From Cystobasidiomycetes sp. EMM_F5 (Eukaryota), in contig JBPGPT010000026.1 of NCBI GenBank assembly GCA_051047955.1, forward strand, positions 124,001 through 188,000: a stretch of DNA of 64,000 nt, written 5' to 3'. The notes under the pieces are model-generated. The model was not told the origin of the DNA. It searched no databases and saw only the letters and a program-made list of their open reading frames with translations. The number at the start of each line of letters is the position of its first letter. Position 1 is the first letter of the stretch. The translations under genes and the position numbers were made by a program. Below are positions 1 to 11,228 of this stretch, one piece after another.

Positions 1-1072
1 TGACGAGCTCCTCATCGTTTACAGCAATGACATCCGTGAGCGGACCCAATCTTCGCATAGTTCGACCCTCTGCAGCGTCTCGCAAAGGTTGCAGCAGCTC
101 CTCCTTGGACGCGATGGGCTTGCTGAAAGTTACGCTCAAATCGACCATTGAGACGTTATTGACTGGGACGCGCACGGATATGCCGGTGAACTTGCCATCA
201 AGTTCCGGCAGGACAAGTCGAATAGCAGCAGCAGCGCCTGTTGTGCTTGGGATGATGTTTGTTGCGACAGCTCGGCCTAATCGCTTGCTTTTTTTGTTGA
301 ATCCGTCCAATACCTGATTGGACGCAGTGGACGCATGAACCGTCGTCATCAATGCAGATTCAATGCCGAAATTGTCGTTCAGTAATTTTGCTAGCGGTGC
401 AAGACAATTCGTCTGTAGGCATAACAGTTTCAGCATTAATTTATCGGTATGGCTATTGGTCCAGTAACGCACTGTGCAGCTCGCGTTGGATACGACCTCC
501 ATGCTAGGATCATATACTCTCCTGTTCACGCCAACGACGATGGTAGGCGCATCCTTTGATGGAGCGGAGATAACGACCTTCTTTGCTCCTCCTATAATGT
601 GTTTTCGCGCAGATTCGACAGTCGTCATCTTGCCAGTACATTCTGCGATATACTCTGCTCCTGCAGACTTCCAGTCGATGAGAGTAGGGTCTCTCTGGCT
701 GAACAGGGCGATACGTCGGCCTCGAAAGAACAGAGCGCCATCCTCGATTGACAGATCTTTTGAATGTCGGCAGATACCATGCGTAGAATCGTACTTGATG
801 CCGTGCAATAAATGATCAAGTGATGGCGCTGTGTGATTTATTGCAACAACTTCAAGACCAAATATCAGTCGCGTCCCTTGGTTCAAGTGGCGACTGCAAA
901 GTCACCTAGGAGATCACTTCGGTCGAGCGAAGCACGGAAAGCAGCTCTGCCTATTATTGACAGAATCTCAGCTCGTCTCGTCCTTGCTTCATGGATTTGG
1001 TCACCCACCTATTCTTCCAAAGCCATTGATGCCAATGCGGCACGGTTGCTGACTGCCGTTGCTTATTGCCAT
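1..1072 (-). CDS. gpd: Glyceraldehyde-3-phosphate dehydrogenase, divergent paralog (3' end runs off window; spliced)
   Basis: Spliced minus strand reads MAISNGSQQPCRIGINGFGRIG...VVAINHTAPSLDHLLHGIKYDSTHG...VVSNASCT/TNCLAPLAK...NIIPSTTGAA...KFTGISVRVP; Rossmann and catalytic-Cys motifs of GAPDH. Confidence 0.95.
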
Positions 1073-1446
1073 TCTTTAGGTATTACTGCAGCCTTGTATG
1101 GTTGAGAATGTTCGCGCGTGAGTCGAAGAATGCAGACGAGCCAAAGAGCTGCCAGAAAACTTGCGTACAGCTGCAGCCCGGCAGCTCCGAAATGGCCCGG
1201 TGTGGGGAAGAGCGGACGAATCCATCTCCGTCCCCGGCTGCAAGCATCCGAGGGGCGCAATTCGGGTTGTAAGAGGTTCAGCTTGCAAGGATAGTCACGG
1301 GGAACTTGGTGTCAGCGCAGTCTTCGCTCTTGGGGTAACATCAGAGATTGCTGCTGTTGTTGCGTTTGGCCGAAAGTTTCGGATCCTGCCTTGCCTTGCC
1401 AGCAACAACGACAGACCGAGTGTGCATCGAGTACCATCAGCATGCC

Positions 1447-2248
1447 ATGACTGACGTCCAAGCTGGCATGCTGGGCGGCTATGCCGTCCAGTCGACTTCT
1501 GCCCGTCTGGCCGCTGGCACTGATGGGGAGCACGAAGAGCACCCTGTGTTCTCAGACGACGAGGCAGAACAGCCAGACAGCGAGCACAGCCATTCCCTGC
1601 ATTATCATGGTCACCGTGCAGCTACGTTCGTCTCGCACGATATTGACGAGTTGACTGAGCTGAGGGCTCGCCGTGAGTTGACGCATGAGGACAATCTGAA
1701 TATTACAGCAACCACCGTAGCTGAGAGCGACACGGCTTCGCTATCTATGACTCTGCCCGCATACTCTACAGAGCGCACATTCGAAGGGGCATACCAACGG
1801 ACGGCTCTGGGAATGGCGGCCTATGCCATCATAGTCCTCAAAATCTTCTCCGACGCCTTCGCTGCCAGTAAGCCAGCAAGCCTCACTCTGCCATAAAGTT
1901 ACCAACTCGCACACACTTTCTCTCACTCTCCCTACTTTTTTAAGTCGGCATATGCTACGTCGCCATGGCTGCCCTGCTCTTGATCGTTTCTTACGTTCGC
2001 AAGCAGAGGAGCAAACACGATTTCGCGGATGAGAACATGCCTCCCTCGCTGCCTAGTGAAGACACCGCTGGCAGGAAGCCCAAGCGATTGTGGGGTCGCA
2101 ATTTTAGGTGAGTTGGCTGCTTTTTCAACCAAAACATGGGCTGACATCTGCAGCCGACGTCAGAACCGTTGGTAACTTAGTAGTCTTCCTAGTGCTGTGT
2201 ATCGGAGGGCTTGAGGTTGCCATCCTTGTTATACTCATGCGTTTGTAG
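1447..2248 (+). CDS. DUF202-type small membrane protein (spliced)
   Basis: ERTFEGAYQRTALG motif followed by hydrophobic helices; introns near 1867-1944 and 2109-2163. Confidence 0.7.
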
Positions 2249-2620
2249 CAATATTCAATGATCTGAAGCAGACAGTTCATGTTCAAACACTTTAGTCAAA
2301 GCAATAGCAGCTCTTTGGAAAAGGCGGACCACCCTAGTCAGCTAGCAGCAGCAGCAGTAATAGCCAGCCGATTAGAAGTCACTGGCTCTTGCGTTACGAA
2401 CATCTCTATGGAGATAGCAGGCCTAGCTTCTCCGGCAGTCCGGCACATCATACGCACGATTCAGGAACGCCGGCGGCCCCGGGTTTTCTCCGTTCCATCT
2501 GCTACGTTCACGAATGTCAAGGGAAATGTGACACCATGCGCGCTTTAGACCTTGAAGCATCTTCCTCTGAGCCGACTCCGTCTTGCATTTGTGTCTCTAC
2601 TGAGTATTACAGAGCTGACC

Positions 2621-5166
2621 ATGCGACCCCTGAATCTCATCGAGAAGCTCATCCTCAATGCATCAGACGGAACCGGCAGTGTTGAGCTCGGATCTACGAT
2701 TCTACTGAATGTAGACTGGGTCCTGGCTTCCGAGCTTAGCTGGGCTGGGATGGACAAGGGTATGATGCCGCAAACGCAATGTCGCTCCAATACCTAATTT
2801 CTTGCTTCACCAGAGTACAACGCCGTCGGCCGGCCAAAGCTACCACGACCGGAGCGCTTCTGGTTGGCAGCTGATCACATAGTGTGCGTAATTGCGGAAA
2901 ACGATAATAATCCGATAGACACTGACGGTGGGTTTGATCATGACAGGCACCCTTCGTGCGTTCAGGCTGTATATGAGGTCTTCATGCCTGAAATCTGATG
3001 CTCCCGAGCGCAGAATCAACCATGTACCTAAAGTTGCAAAATTCATTGCTGCAGCTGAACGCATCTCGCGCGAACAACCTATCGACTACCACGGGCCCAA
3101 CGAAACCATTATGCACACGGAGTTTGTCCGCGGTAGGGCTGAGCGTCAGTATCCATTCCCATACTGTAAGTTCGCAAGTGCAGTCTGACTTGGACAATCG
3201 AGCAGCGGGCCAAATCATAGTCGGTGCCGACTCGCATAGCTGCAGTGCAGGCTGTCTTGGCGCATTAGCAATGGGGCTCGGCTCAACGGATACCGTTCTG
3301 GCGCTGATCACCCAACGCACCTTTCTTCAAGTGAGCACAATACAATACCCTGCAGTTGTGGCAGTCAACTTGATACCCTACCCAGGTGCCAGAGGTCTTG
3401 TCATTGCGGTTGGTTGGGATACCTCCGCCAGGTCTGGGAGGGAAAGACGTCATCCTATACATCCTGGGTCTGCTCAAACGAAATACAGTCGCTGCAGAGA
3501 GAGCTGTCGAGATTTCCGGTCCTGGCTTGGCTCACCTCAGCATCGATGCTCGATTCGCGATATGCAACATGATGACCGAGTTCGGTGCACTGACTGGCGT
3601 CTGCGTACCTGACGCACTTGTAAGTCGACTAACAATTTTCCTGATCCGCTCGTCAGCGCTGCTGAATAGGAGCAATCTAGACGATGGAGTATGTCAACAG
3701 ACGCGACAATACAGCTTTCACAAGCAATTCGATATGTTTCAAACCTGACGATGGCTGTACTTATGCCGAAACCTACATCATTGATCTCTCGCAAGTCTCG
3801 AGTCTGGTGGCGCTATATCCTTCTCCCGACAACACCACTACGGCCAAGGAAGTCGAAAATGGCCAAGGGCTAAAGCTTGATGGCTGCTTTATAGGCGCCT
3901 GTACCACAGCCTACGAGGATTTGGTCTTAGCGGCGTTGGTACTGGAGCTCGCATTGAGCGACGGTATGACACCAGTCGGAAGAGGTCACCGAAAGGTTCG
4001 TAAAGTCAAAGTAAATGTCATGATCGCGTATGGTTAATCATCGAAACCCTGGCAGGTGACGCCTGGAAGTCGGAAAATCGTACAAAGTCTTGAACAAGCC
4101 GGACTAAGTGATGTCTATCGCAAGGCTGGCTTCGATATCAACGTTCCCGGATGTAGCTACTGCGTGGGCCTAGGAGCAGACAAGGCCAAAGAAGGCGAGG
4201 TTTGGCTATCATCACAGAATCGGAATTTTAAGAATCGGTATGCGAAACAGTGTGTTAATGCTGCGACGGCTGAACGGCGTGAACAGGATGGGCACTGGGT
4301 CTTTTGGTAATCTGGCTTCCGCCGCGACGGTGGCGATTTCTTCGTTTGATATGGTAGTACGAGATCCAGAGCCTTGGCTGCATCGAATAGATCGAAGGCG
4401 GTTCGCGCGGCTATGCGGCGGAGGGAATATGGATCTAATGTTTGATCCTGTCTACAAAGAACCGTCACCTGTCAAAAGTGTCCAATCGACTACTCCCGAT
4501 AGTCGCAATACCCTCAAGAGTCTTGCCCCAATTTCAGGCAAAGTGCAAAGGTTCGGCGACGATGTTGACACAGATGCGATCAGTCCGGGTACGATGCAGT
4601 AGGCTTGGTCGTGATCATTGGCTGATGTTCACGACGACAAGGCGATCTCCTGATGAAGGCAGCGGAAGCCGAAACCTTGGAAGAGGCGGGTGAAGTGTGC
4701 TTCTACCACGAGCGTCCAGACTATAGATTCAAGGTTAAAGCTGGCTACGATATACTCGTGGCTGGTAAAGGCTTTGGTTGCGGTTCATCACGGGAAACTG
4801 GTACGTACAAGGATTGCAGAGGAAGACACACAGAACATTGCTGATCATGTCTCATTAGCTGCGACCGCTATAAAGGGATGCGGCACCAAAGCCATCATCG
4901 CAAAAAGTTACGCCTTCATTTTCCGGAGGAACACTGCGAACAACGCCATTCCGGCACTCATCGTAACGGAGGAGTCCTTTTATGAAGCTCTAGACTCCAT
5001 TGGTCCGGAAGCCGTAGTCAATATCGATTTCGACCAGGCTTCCATCAGTATCAGCACCCTTCCGAATGTATGGCCATACGTCATGAGTGCCATAGATTCA
5101 GATCTCTTGCGCAAAGGCGGCGCCATGAAAGCGTACGAGTGCTTCGGACTGGCCATGTACGACTAG
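2621..5166 (+). CDS. Aconitase-family [4Fe-4S] hydratase/isomerase, fused large+small (LeuC/LeuD-like) subunits; multi-exon
   Basis: ADSHSC, GKDVILYILG, DGCFIGACTT, PGCSYCVG (three cluster Cys), SSQNRNFKNRMG, and swivel-domain GDDVDTDAI and GKGFGCGSSRE motifs; start codon uncertain. Confidence 0.9.
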
Positions 5167-5333
5167 CTGTATCGGCAGGAAGGCGAGTAGGAAGATGGGC
5201 AGTATGCGAAGATGTACTGTGTAAAGATTTGTGAATGCTGAAAGGACGACGCGTTCGTAGAGCGAGGACCGCGGGCAACTTTACGTACATGTTTGAACTG
5301 CCTCTGAAAAGCATGAAAGAACCTTGTACATGT

Positions 5334-8108
5334 CTATGCTAGCAACCAGTCGAATTCGTCATCGGACTGCAGACCCGTGATGAGGGGAGGTTCTACCTCG
5401 GCATGGCTAGGGTGGTCCTGATTCATATATCTCATCAGGTCGTTCGAGAATGCCGTGAGCTCTTCCATCGTCATTTCGAACTGTGTTGTTTGAGGAGAAT
5501 TGGCGTATACTGGAGAAAGATAGCTGTTTTGACCCTTCGAGGCTTCCGGCGGCGGACTGGCATGTTCCAATAAAGGCGCATCCTTCGATGCCTGCTTAAC
5601 CAACGCGACCAATAACGTCTGCGGTGTTTGAGTGCTGGCCGACGCGAGGCGGAGGAGCATGTCGAGAACCCGTAAACACTGCTTTCCAGTCGACCGTATG
5701 ACCTGACTGCTAGATGATGAACCTCGCAAGAATAGCTGCCGAGCAGGCTCTATAACTACAGACAGCCCCTCGTCATGCCCCACCGCGAAATTGCGCTTGA
5801 AGACGCGGTGATAATGCGCGAGAACGATCACTACGACGGCGCTCATGACGTGCTGGTATGACCACCACATGGTATGACTGTATGCCACGACGTGAGCTGG
5901 TGCATTGGCCGCCAGGATGATCTGAGCGCATTGCAAGCATGTATTGGATGAATACTCGAAGCGCTGATCTTGCAGACCACGGAGACTGGCAGAAGACCGT
6001 GATAAGATGGTATGTCCAATCGGGTCTGAGACAACATGGCTTACAAGTATGGTCTGTGAATGCGTAAGAGCTGCGTAGCGTGGAGTAGGCAAGAGGAGCC
6101 GTATAAGTTCGAAACAGTCTCAAGGATGCGGATGAACCTACCCGTGCATGGATACCCGACGCAAGTGTAGCCTTTTGCGGCGCATCGATTGCAGCTTTGG
6201 TCAGATTGCCGAGATTACCAATGTCCAGTCCGGTGAATTCTCGATAGTGAGGTCTCCACAAGGCATCGAGTATACGCACCCGCTCATACGAGGTCGAGTG
6301 CGCCATTGCATTATCCTGAAGCTCAACTAGATAACATTGATACAATGTTCCGTCTGCGTCGCACCATTGACCCGAAGGTAATGGCGGCACCGTTAGATAG
6401 CTGCCGAGGCGGTCTCGATTTGTCCTTGTCGGCAAGGCAGTGATGTCTGTGTTGTAGGCATCAGCATTTTGAACAACAACCGCAAATACGGTCACCAACA
6501 AGATCCTTGTGCTATGTGTCTTTCATGTTTGCGGCCATTGCAGGACTTTGCATCGAGGGCAACTAACGCCCACCACCAACGCCGGGCCATTTCGCAGTGG
6601 AGGGAGCTCGGCCCGTTGAATGGAAGGGCCGGGTCGACGAAGAATGGGCATTCTTCAACCGTAGATGCGGCTGTCACGCGGTGTAATCCTAGCTGACGGG
6701 CTAGAGAGACAGCAGTTCCGATGAGAAGCCTGGCGTGCGCTCCGCCACCTAGATCGACATCCGACGACTCAGAGAAAGACAACGATCCTGAGTAAGAAAT
6801 GTAGTTGACCATTCCAATCAAGGTCTGCGTTGGACCAGTCAGTCTATCTGATGCATCTATTGTAGAAGCCATCACTTACTTGAACAACGTATAGTTGGGG
6901 CTTCTCCGTCCACTGAGCACACACCAAAGCCATCTGACAAGCCGCATACAGCTGTACTTGCAATTCAGGCGGCAGGGAATACGTGGGATTGCGCAGGCGC
7001 ACGGCAGCCGCTCCACGGGCAAGGCAATTCGCATACAAGGCTAGCCACGCGGGATCAAGTTGGTCGTATCTGTGGTAGAAACGCTGATTGTCGAAGTGAG
7101 TGCTCTGACTCCGGAAGCGCTCGATGTCCAAGTATGGTAGCAGGATCTCAACGTGATCGTAGAACGCGTCGAGAAGTATGCGGCACGTCGAGACTTCCGG
7201 GAATCCAGCGACGATGGTCTGCAGCATACTTCCGTGCAGACTATACGAGCTCAAAGCTTGCAACATGCGCGGTGGAGCGCGTCTTGACAATGTTGAATCG
7301 GAGATCGCAGAGGCGGGCTGATTCGTAGCTTGTATGTCAGTACATCGTGACCAAATTTCACAGCGTAGTTCTCACGGAAGGCGCAATTGCAGAATTATCA
7401 AGAACAAAGGGAAGAGCATTGCGTCCAGCCTCGCGCTCAGTCCGAATCGGCTCGCCAACATAGGCCATTGCTATGCTCTCTAGAGATTGCACAGCTACAT
7501 GTATATGCCGGTGTAAGTCTTCGGTTCGCATGCTTCCTCTGATAACACTGACCTTCTTCCAAACCGTCGTCTTCAGCGCTATCCGCTGGAGAAGCAGAAG
7601 GAGCTGCTGCTGCATGCGGCGGTGAGTCGCTGACTGTAGACGTGGCAGCAAAGGCTGCGGACTCTGGAAGCCGAGGTACACTCTTGAGCAATGACTCCAG
7701 AGCAGATACTCTCTTTGCAAGATGTTCCACGACGGCTGCATTGGCTGGATGATACGAGATAGCATTCCCCACATGATATGGCAGCGGCAGATCTCCTTGA
7801 AGTTTGTCAGAATCACGGAAAGCGCCATAGCACAAATTGGCCTCCCCTCGCTTTGTACATTCTACAGTTAGCAATGTCAGTCGCAAGGCTAGCCGTTCCC
7901 ACGAGTGAACATGGAGTACCGCTGCAAGGTATCTGCCTATCGCACTGAAAGTCTGCCGGTCAGCTTGAAAGGACTACTACCACCCACAAACTCTCACTTT
8001 GGCTTTTCTTCTCCTGCACTCTGCACATGCAAGTGGTCTTCTGCACTGTCTCTTGCGTACGGGCTCAGTATTGGTTGCGCTGACATCGAGTTCCAGCAAT
8101 CTCGACAT
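5334..8108 (-). CDS. Zn(II)2Cys6 transcription factor with fungal-specific TF middle domain
   Basis: Spliced N-terminus ACAECRRRKAK/CDRQIPCS/ECTKRGEANLC; LARQLGLHR, EMARRWWWAL and LRIHRPYF motifs. Confidence 0.9.
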
Positions 8109-8526
8109 GCAGCAGCGCACCAGCAGAGAACCGGTACGCTCGCGCAGACTGAGTGGTAGTCAGAGCTGCAACTTCATCAATGTCAGCGCTGCCTTGCGGT
8201 AAGCTGTCGCCCAATGCTGCCGGACCTGATTATACGGACTTCGCCGACGGCCTGGCCTTCCTTGCGAATCGTTCTCTGGTCCCCGGACCAGGCTGACTGA
8301 TGGCTTCTATGCTCATCGATGCTATTCCGCAAGTTTTCCCCGTGGCTGACATGCGCATAGTCCCGCCAGAGCAGTTCCGAGCGGTCCGCCCGGAGATCTT
8401 CAGGACATTAGCGGAGTCTCAACTCAGAAATGTCTGGAGAGATTGCAAGCGGGCGGACATCTGCGTGAAGGCAGGAGGACTCTGCGCGTCTACTCAGACT
8501 TCGTCTCTGACGGTACTTGAGAAGAC
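8109..8526. promoter_or_regulatory. Divergent promoter between the Zn2Cys6 gene and the lyase, rich in CGG/CCG triplets
   Basis: e.g. CGGACCTGATTATACGGACTTCGCCGACGG at 8221-8250 and CCGAGCGGTCCGCCCGGAG near 8377-8395; CGG is the usual Zn2Cys6 half-site. Confidence 0.45.
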
Positions 8527-9883
8527 ATGATTCAATCCACGAATGGTCATCATCACAGTACGGATCCCGCGACGAAGCTGCGCCAGCTCATTTCACGCGA
8601 CGGCATAGTATTCGCTCCCGGAGTGTTCGATGGCATCACTGCGCGAGGTAGCGTATGCGAATCCGAACTGTCACTTCAAATACTAAATGTACCTTATCGC
8701 GTCAGCTGCCGTCCAAACGGGTTTCGACTGCCTCTGTGAGACGATCCGAGACATCCGCGAGCATTCCTTTTCTGACCTCCTCGACAAATGCTGTAGACGT
8801 GAGTGGCGCGGCAGTGACCGCAAGCCGACTTGGTCTGCCGGATCTTGGCTTTGTCGGTATCGACGACTTCGTGGAAATAGCTTCCATGATGGCAGAGATA
8901 CCAGACTGCCCGCCTTTGATCTGCGACGCAGACACTGGCTTTGGAGGTGCTGCGCAAATCGCTCGCATGGTTCAACGCTACGTGAGTGAGCTGCAAGAAG
9001 ATGACGGTGACTGTGAGTATCTGAGCACCTGTGTAGCATCGTGCAGGTATTGCCGGCTTCCACATCGAAGACCAAATTCAGACGAAGCGATGCGGACACC
9101 TTCTCGGCAAACAACTGGTGTCCGAGGACGAATTCGTATCACGAATACGCGCAGCAAAGTTTGGACGTGACTCCGTTCCCGGCGGTTCCAGCATTGTACG
9201 TCTCGCCGTCATACAGAAGCTGGCAAACTCAATAGCTAAAACAGCAGTACAGGTCGTTATAGCAAGAACGGACGCTGTGCAGCTGTATGTACGCATTTTT
9301 CCCTAATTCAAGCCTGTAATTTGATCTTGCAATCTCGCGTTCTCAGTCACGGCATCGACGCTGCTATACAACGCATGAAGTCTTCAGTGGAGGCTGGTGC
9401 CGATGTCGCCTTTGTGGAGGGCGTAGAATCCGAAGACCAGGTACGACAGGTCGTGACAGCTCTCTCTCCGATCCCTGTTCTCGTAAACCTTGTCCACGGC
9501 GGAGTCACTCCTTCCTGGACAGCGAAGCAAGTACAAGAGATGGGCGCAAAACTAGCGGTAAGTCAGAAGTGAGGAGAGAACCGCCTGATCCCTGAATGCT
9601 AACGGTACATATAACCAGATTATGCCAGGTGCTTCACTCAAGCGTGTCGCAGAGGCTGCGCTTATGGCATACAGTAGCGTTAAGTCTATCAACGGCGAGG
9701 ATGGCTGTTTCACATCTCCCACTCTCTCGACCCCGCGAGCGTTCTTTGAATTTGTCGGTGAGGGGTGACGAGTCATGTTCGCAAATGTCGGATTGACGTT
9801 GAGATTATGCTTCTCAAGGTTTAAAGGAAGCTGTAAGGGCTGACGCGGCTGCAGGAGGAAAGCTGTACTCCAACGGTGTGTGA
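8527..9883 (+). CDS. Isocitrate lyase/PEP mutase superfamily enzyme, 2,3-dimethylmalate lyase / oxaloacetate-hydrolase-like
   Basis: APGVFDGITAR, ASRLGLPDLG, DADTGFGG, HIEDQIQTKRCGHLLGK catalytic loop, IARTDA, AGADVAFVEG. Confidence 0.92.
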
Positions 9884-10016
9884 TTAATTTTTATTGAGGA
9901 CAACGTAGCAACTAGGCGCGGAGCATTGAGGGTAGACTGCAAATCAAGACTAGCCATCGGGAGTGTGGGAAATGTAAATTGGAGGTCTGCAAATGCATAG
10001 GCCTTACTGACAAGGG

Positions 10017-10109
10017 CGGTCGCGTTAGCGGTCGTACTAACGGTCGTGCTAGAGGCTTACATGATCCTCAACACCCTTTCAGTGTTTATTTCCCTTTCAG
10101 TGTTTATTT
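10017..10109. repeat. Short tandem repeats: 3 x 12 bp (CGGTCGYRYTAR) and 2 x 18 bp (CCCTTTCAGTGTTTATTT)
   Basis: Read directly at 10017-10052 and 10074-10109. Confidence 0.75.
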
Positions 10110-10125
10110 CTCCGCTTGTGAGCGA

Positions 10126-11148
10126 CTACTTTCCATCGTCCGATGGCAGACTGACGGCCTGGACTGGCCCAGAACCTTGTAGAGGCCCGGTGCGGCTCGG
10201 GGACAGCAATTTGGTCTGCTTGCGATCGTGGATATCCCGTTCCTTCGCAGCAGAATCGTTACTTGATGTTGTTCGCGCCCTTGCGTGCTTGCCGAAAGAG
10301 TCTGGAGGATCAACTCGCGAGCTCGAACTAATGCGTTCTGGTCTGCCGTAGAAGCCAGAATCGTTCAATTGATTGACGTTCTGCTTGATCTGGCCTCGAA
10401 TTTGCGGCGCAGGCAGACGCGCACTTTGTGCAGCCGGTTGTGCAACTGCTTCGGCGAATCGGCGTGAAGGTGTCGCAGTTGTTTGCTCATTGCTCGTAGC
10501 TGTGTACCGTGGGCGAGACAGGCACAAATAAAGGAAGCAGAAGTCAGCAGATTACGTAGCTTGCTCAAATCGGTGCGCACAAAGATTTTCCAATTCGGCT
10601 GCGAGTCGATTTGCACTTTGGAATGCAAGCAATTGTTCAACTTGACTATGAGCCTCCAATGCCGCTCGGCGAAGCTCCCGTTCCCTCTCTCGCCAGGTTA
10701 CTTTGTCCTTCTCGAGCTGATCCAGCTTCGTTGATAACGTATCGATGCACTGTTGATACTCCGCTGCCTTTTCCTCCAGACTCTCGTTCCTTGCTCTGAG
10801 TCCTGCAACCATCTCGAAAAGTTCATCGTTCTTGTCCGTCAAGGCGTCGACCTTTTCCTGCATCCCTTGCTCGTCACCTAAATCGAGCTCTTGCTGCGAT
10901 GCGCATTCACTGTCGCGTTGGACGACGTTCTCCGCGCTCAGAGACGCAATCTCCTCCTGCATTTTCGAAATTTGTTCCACATGGGATTGCTTGATCCGTT
11001 TGTTCTCAGAGAGCAGAGCGTCGTATCTGCTTTGTAGGTCACTGCAGCGAGTCACCGGTTCGCGTTGATCATCCATTGCCAGCTGAGATTCTGGATTGCT
11101 GGTGCGAGAAGAAGTGCTGCGTGTTGGCAGAAAAGTGATCTCGGCCAT
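10126..11148 (-). CDS. Hypothetical coiled-coil protein (orphan, probably 2 exons)
   Basis: E/Q/K/L-rich heptad-like ORF 10552-11169 joins ORF 10126-10527 through a plausible GT..CTGAC..CAG intron; start (11148 or 11076) uncertain. Confidence 0.55.
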
Positions 11149-11228
11149 CGTGACGACTTGGACATACACCCATTTGACATAGAATTCTATCTACCGAGCA
11201 AGACCGCACTACCAAGCAGCTCATCACC

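Noticed and set aside
27..815. Plus-strand ORFs at 27-317 and 474-815, and many similar short ORFs elsewhere
   Set aside because: Antisense or alternative-frame shadows of real genes (here GAPDH)
6000..6145. Apparent stop or frameshift in the first Zn2Cys6 gene after LRIHRPY
   Set aside because: Resolved by a 26-nt micro-exon followed by a GTAAGC donor, giving LRIHRPYFLRGLQD in frame
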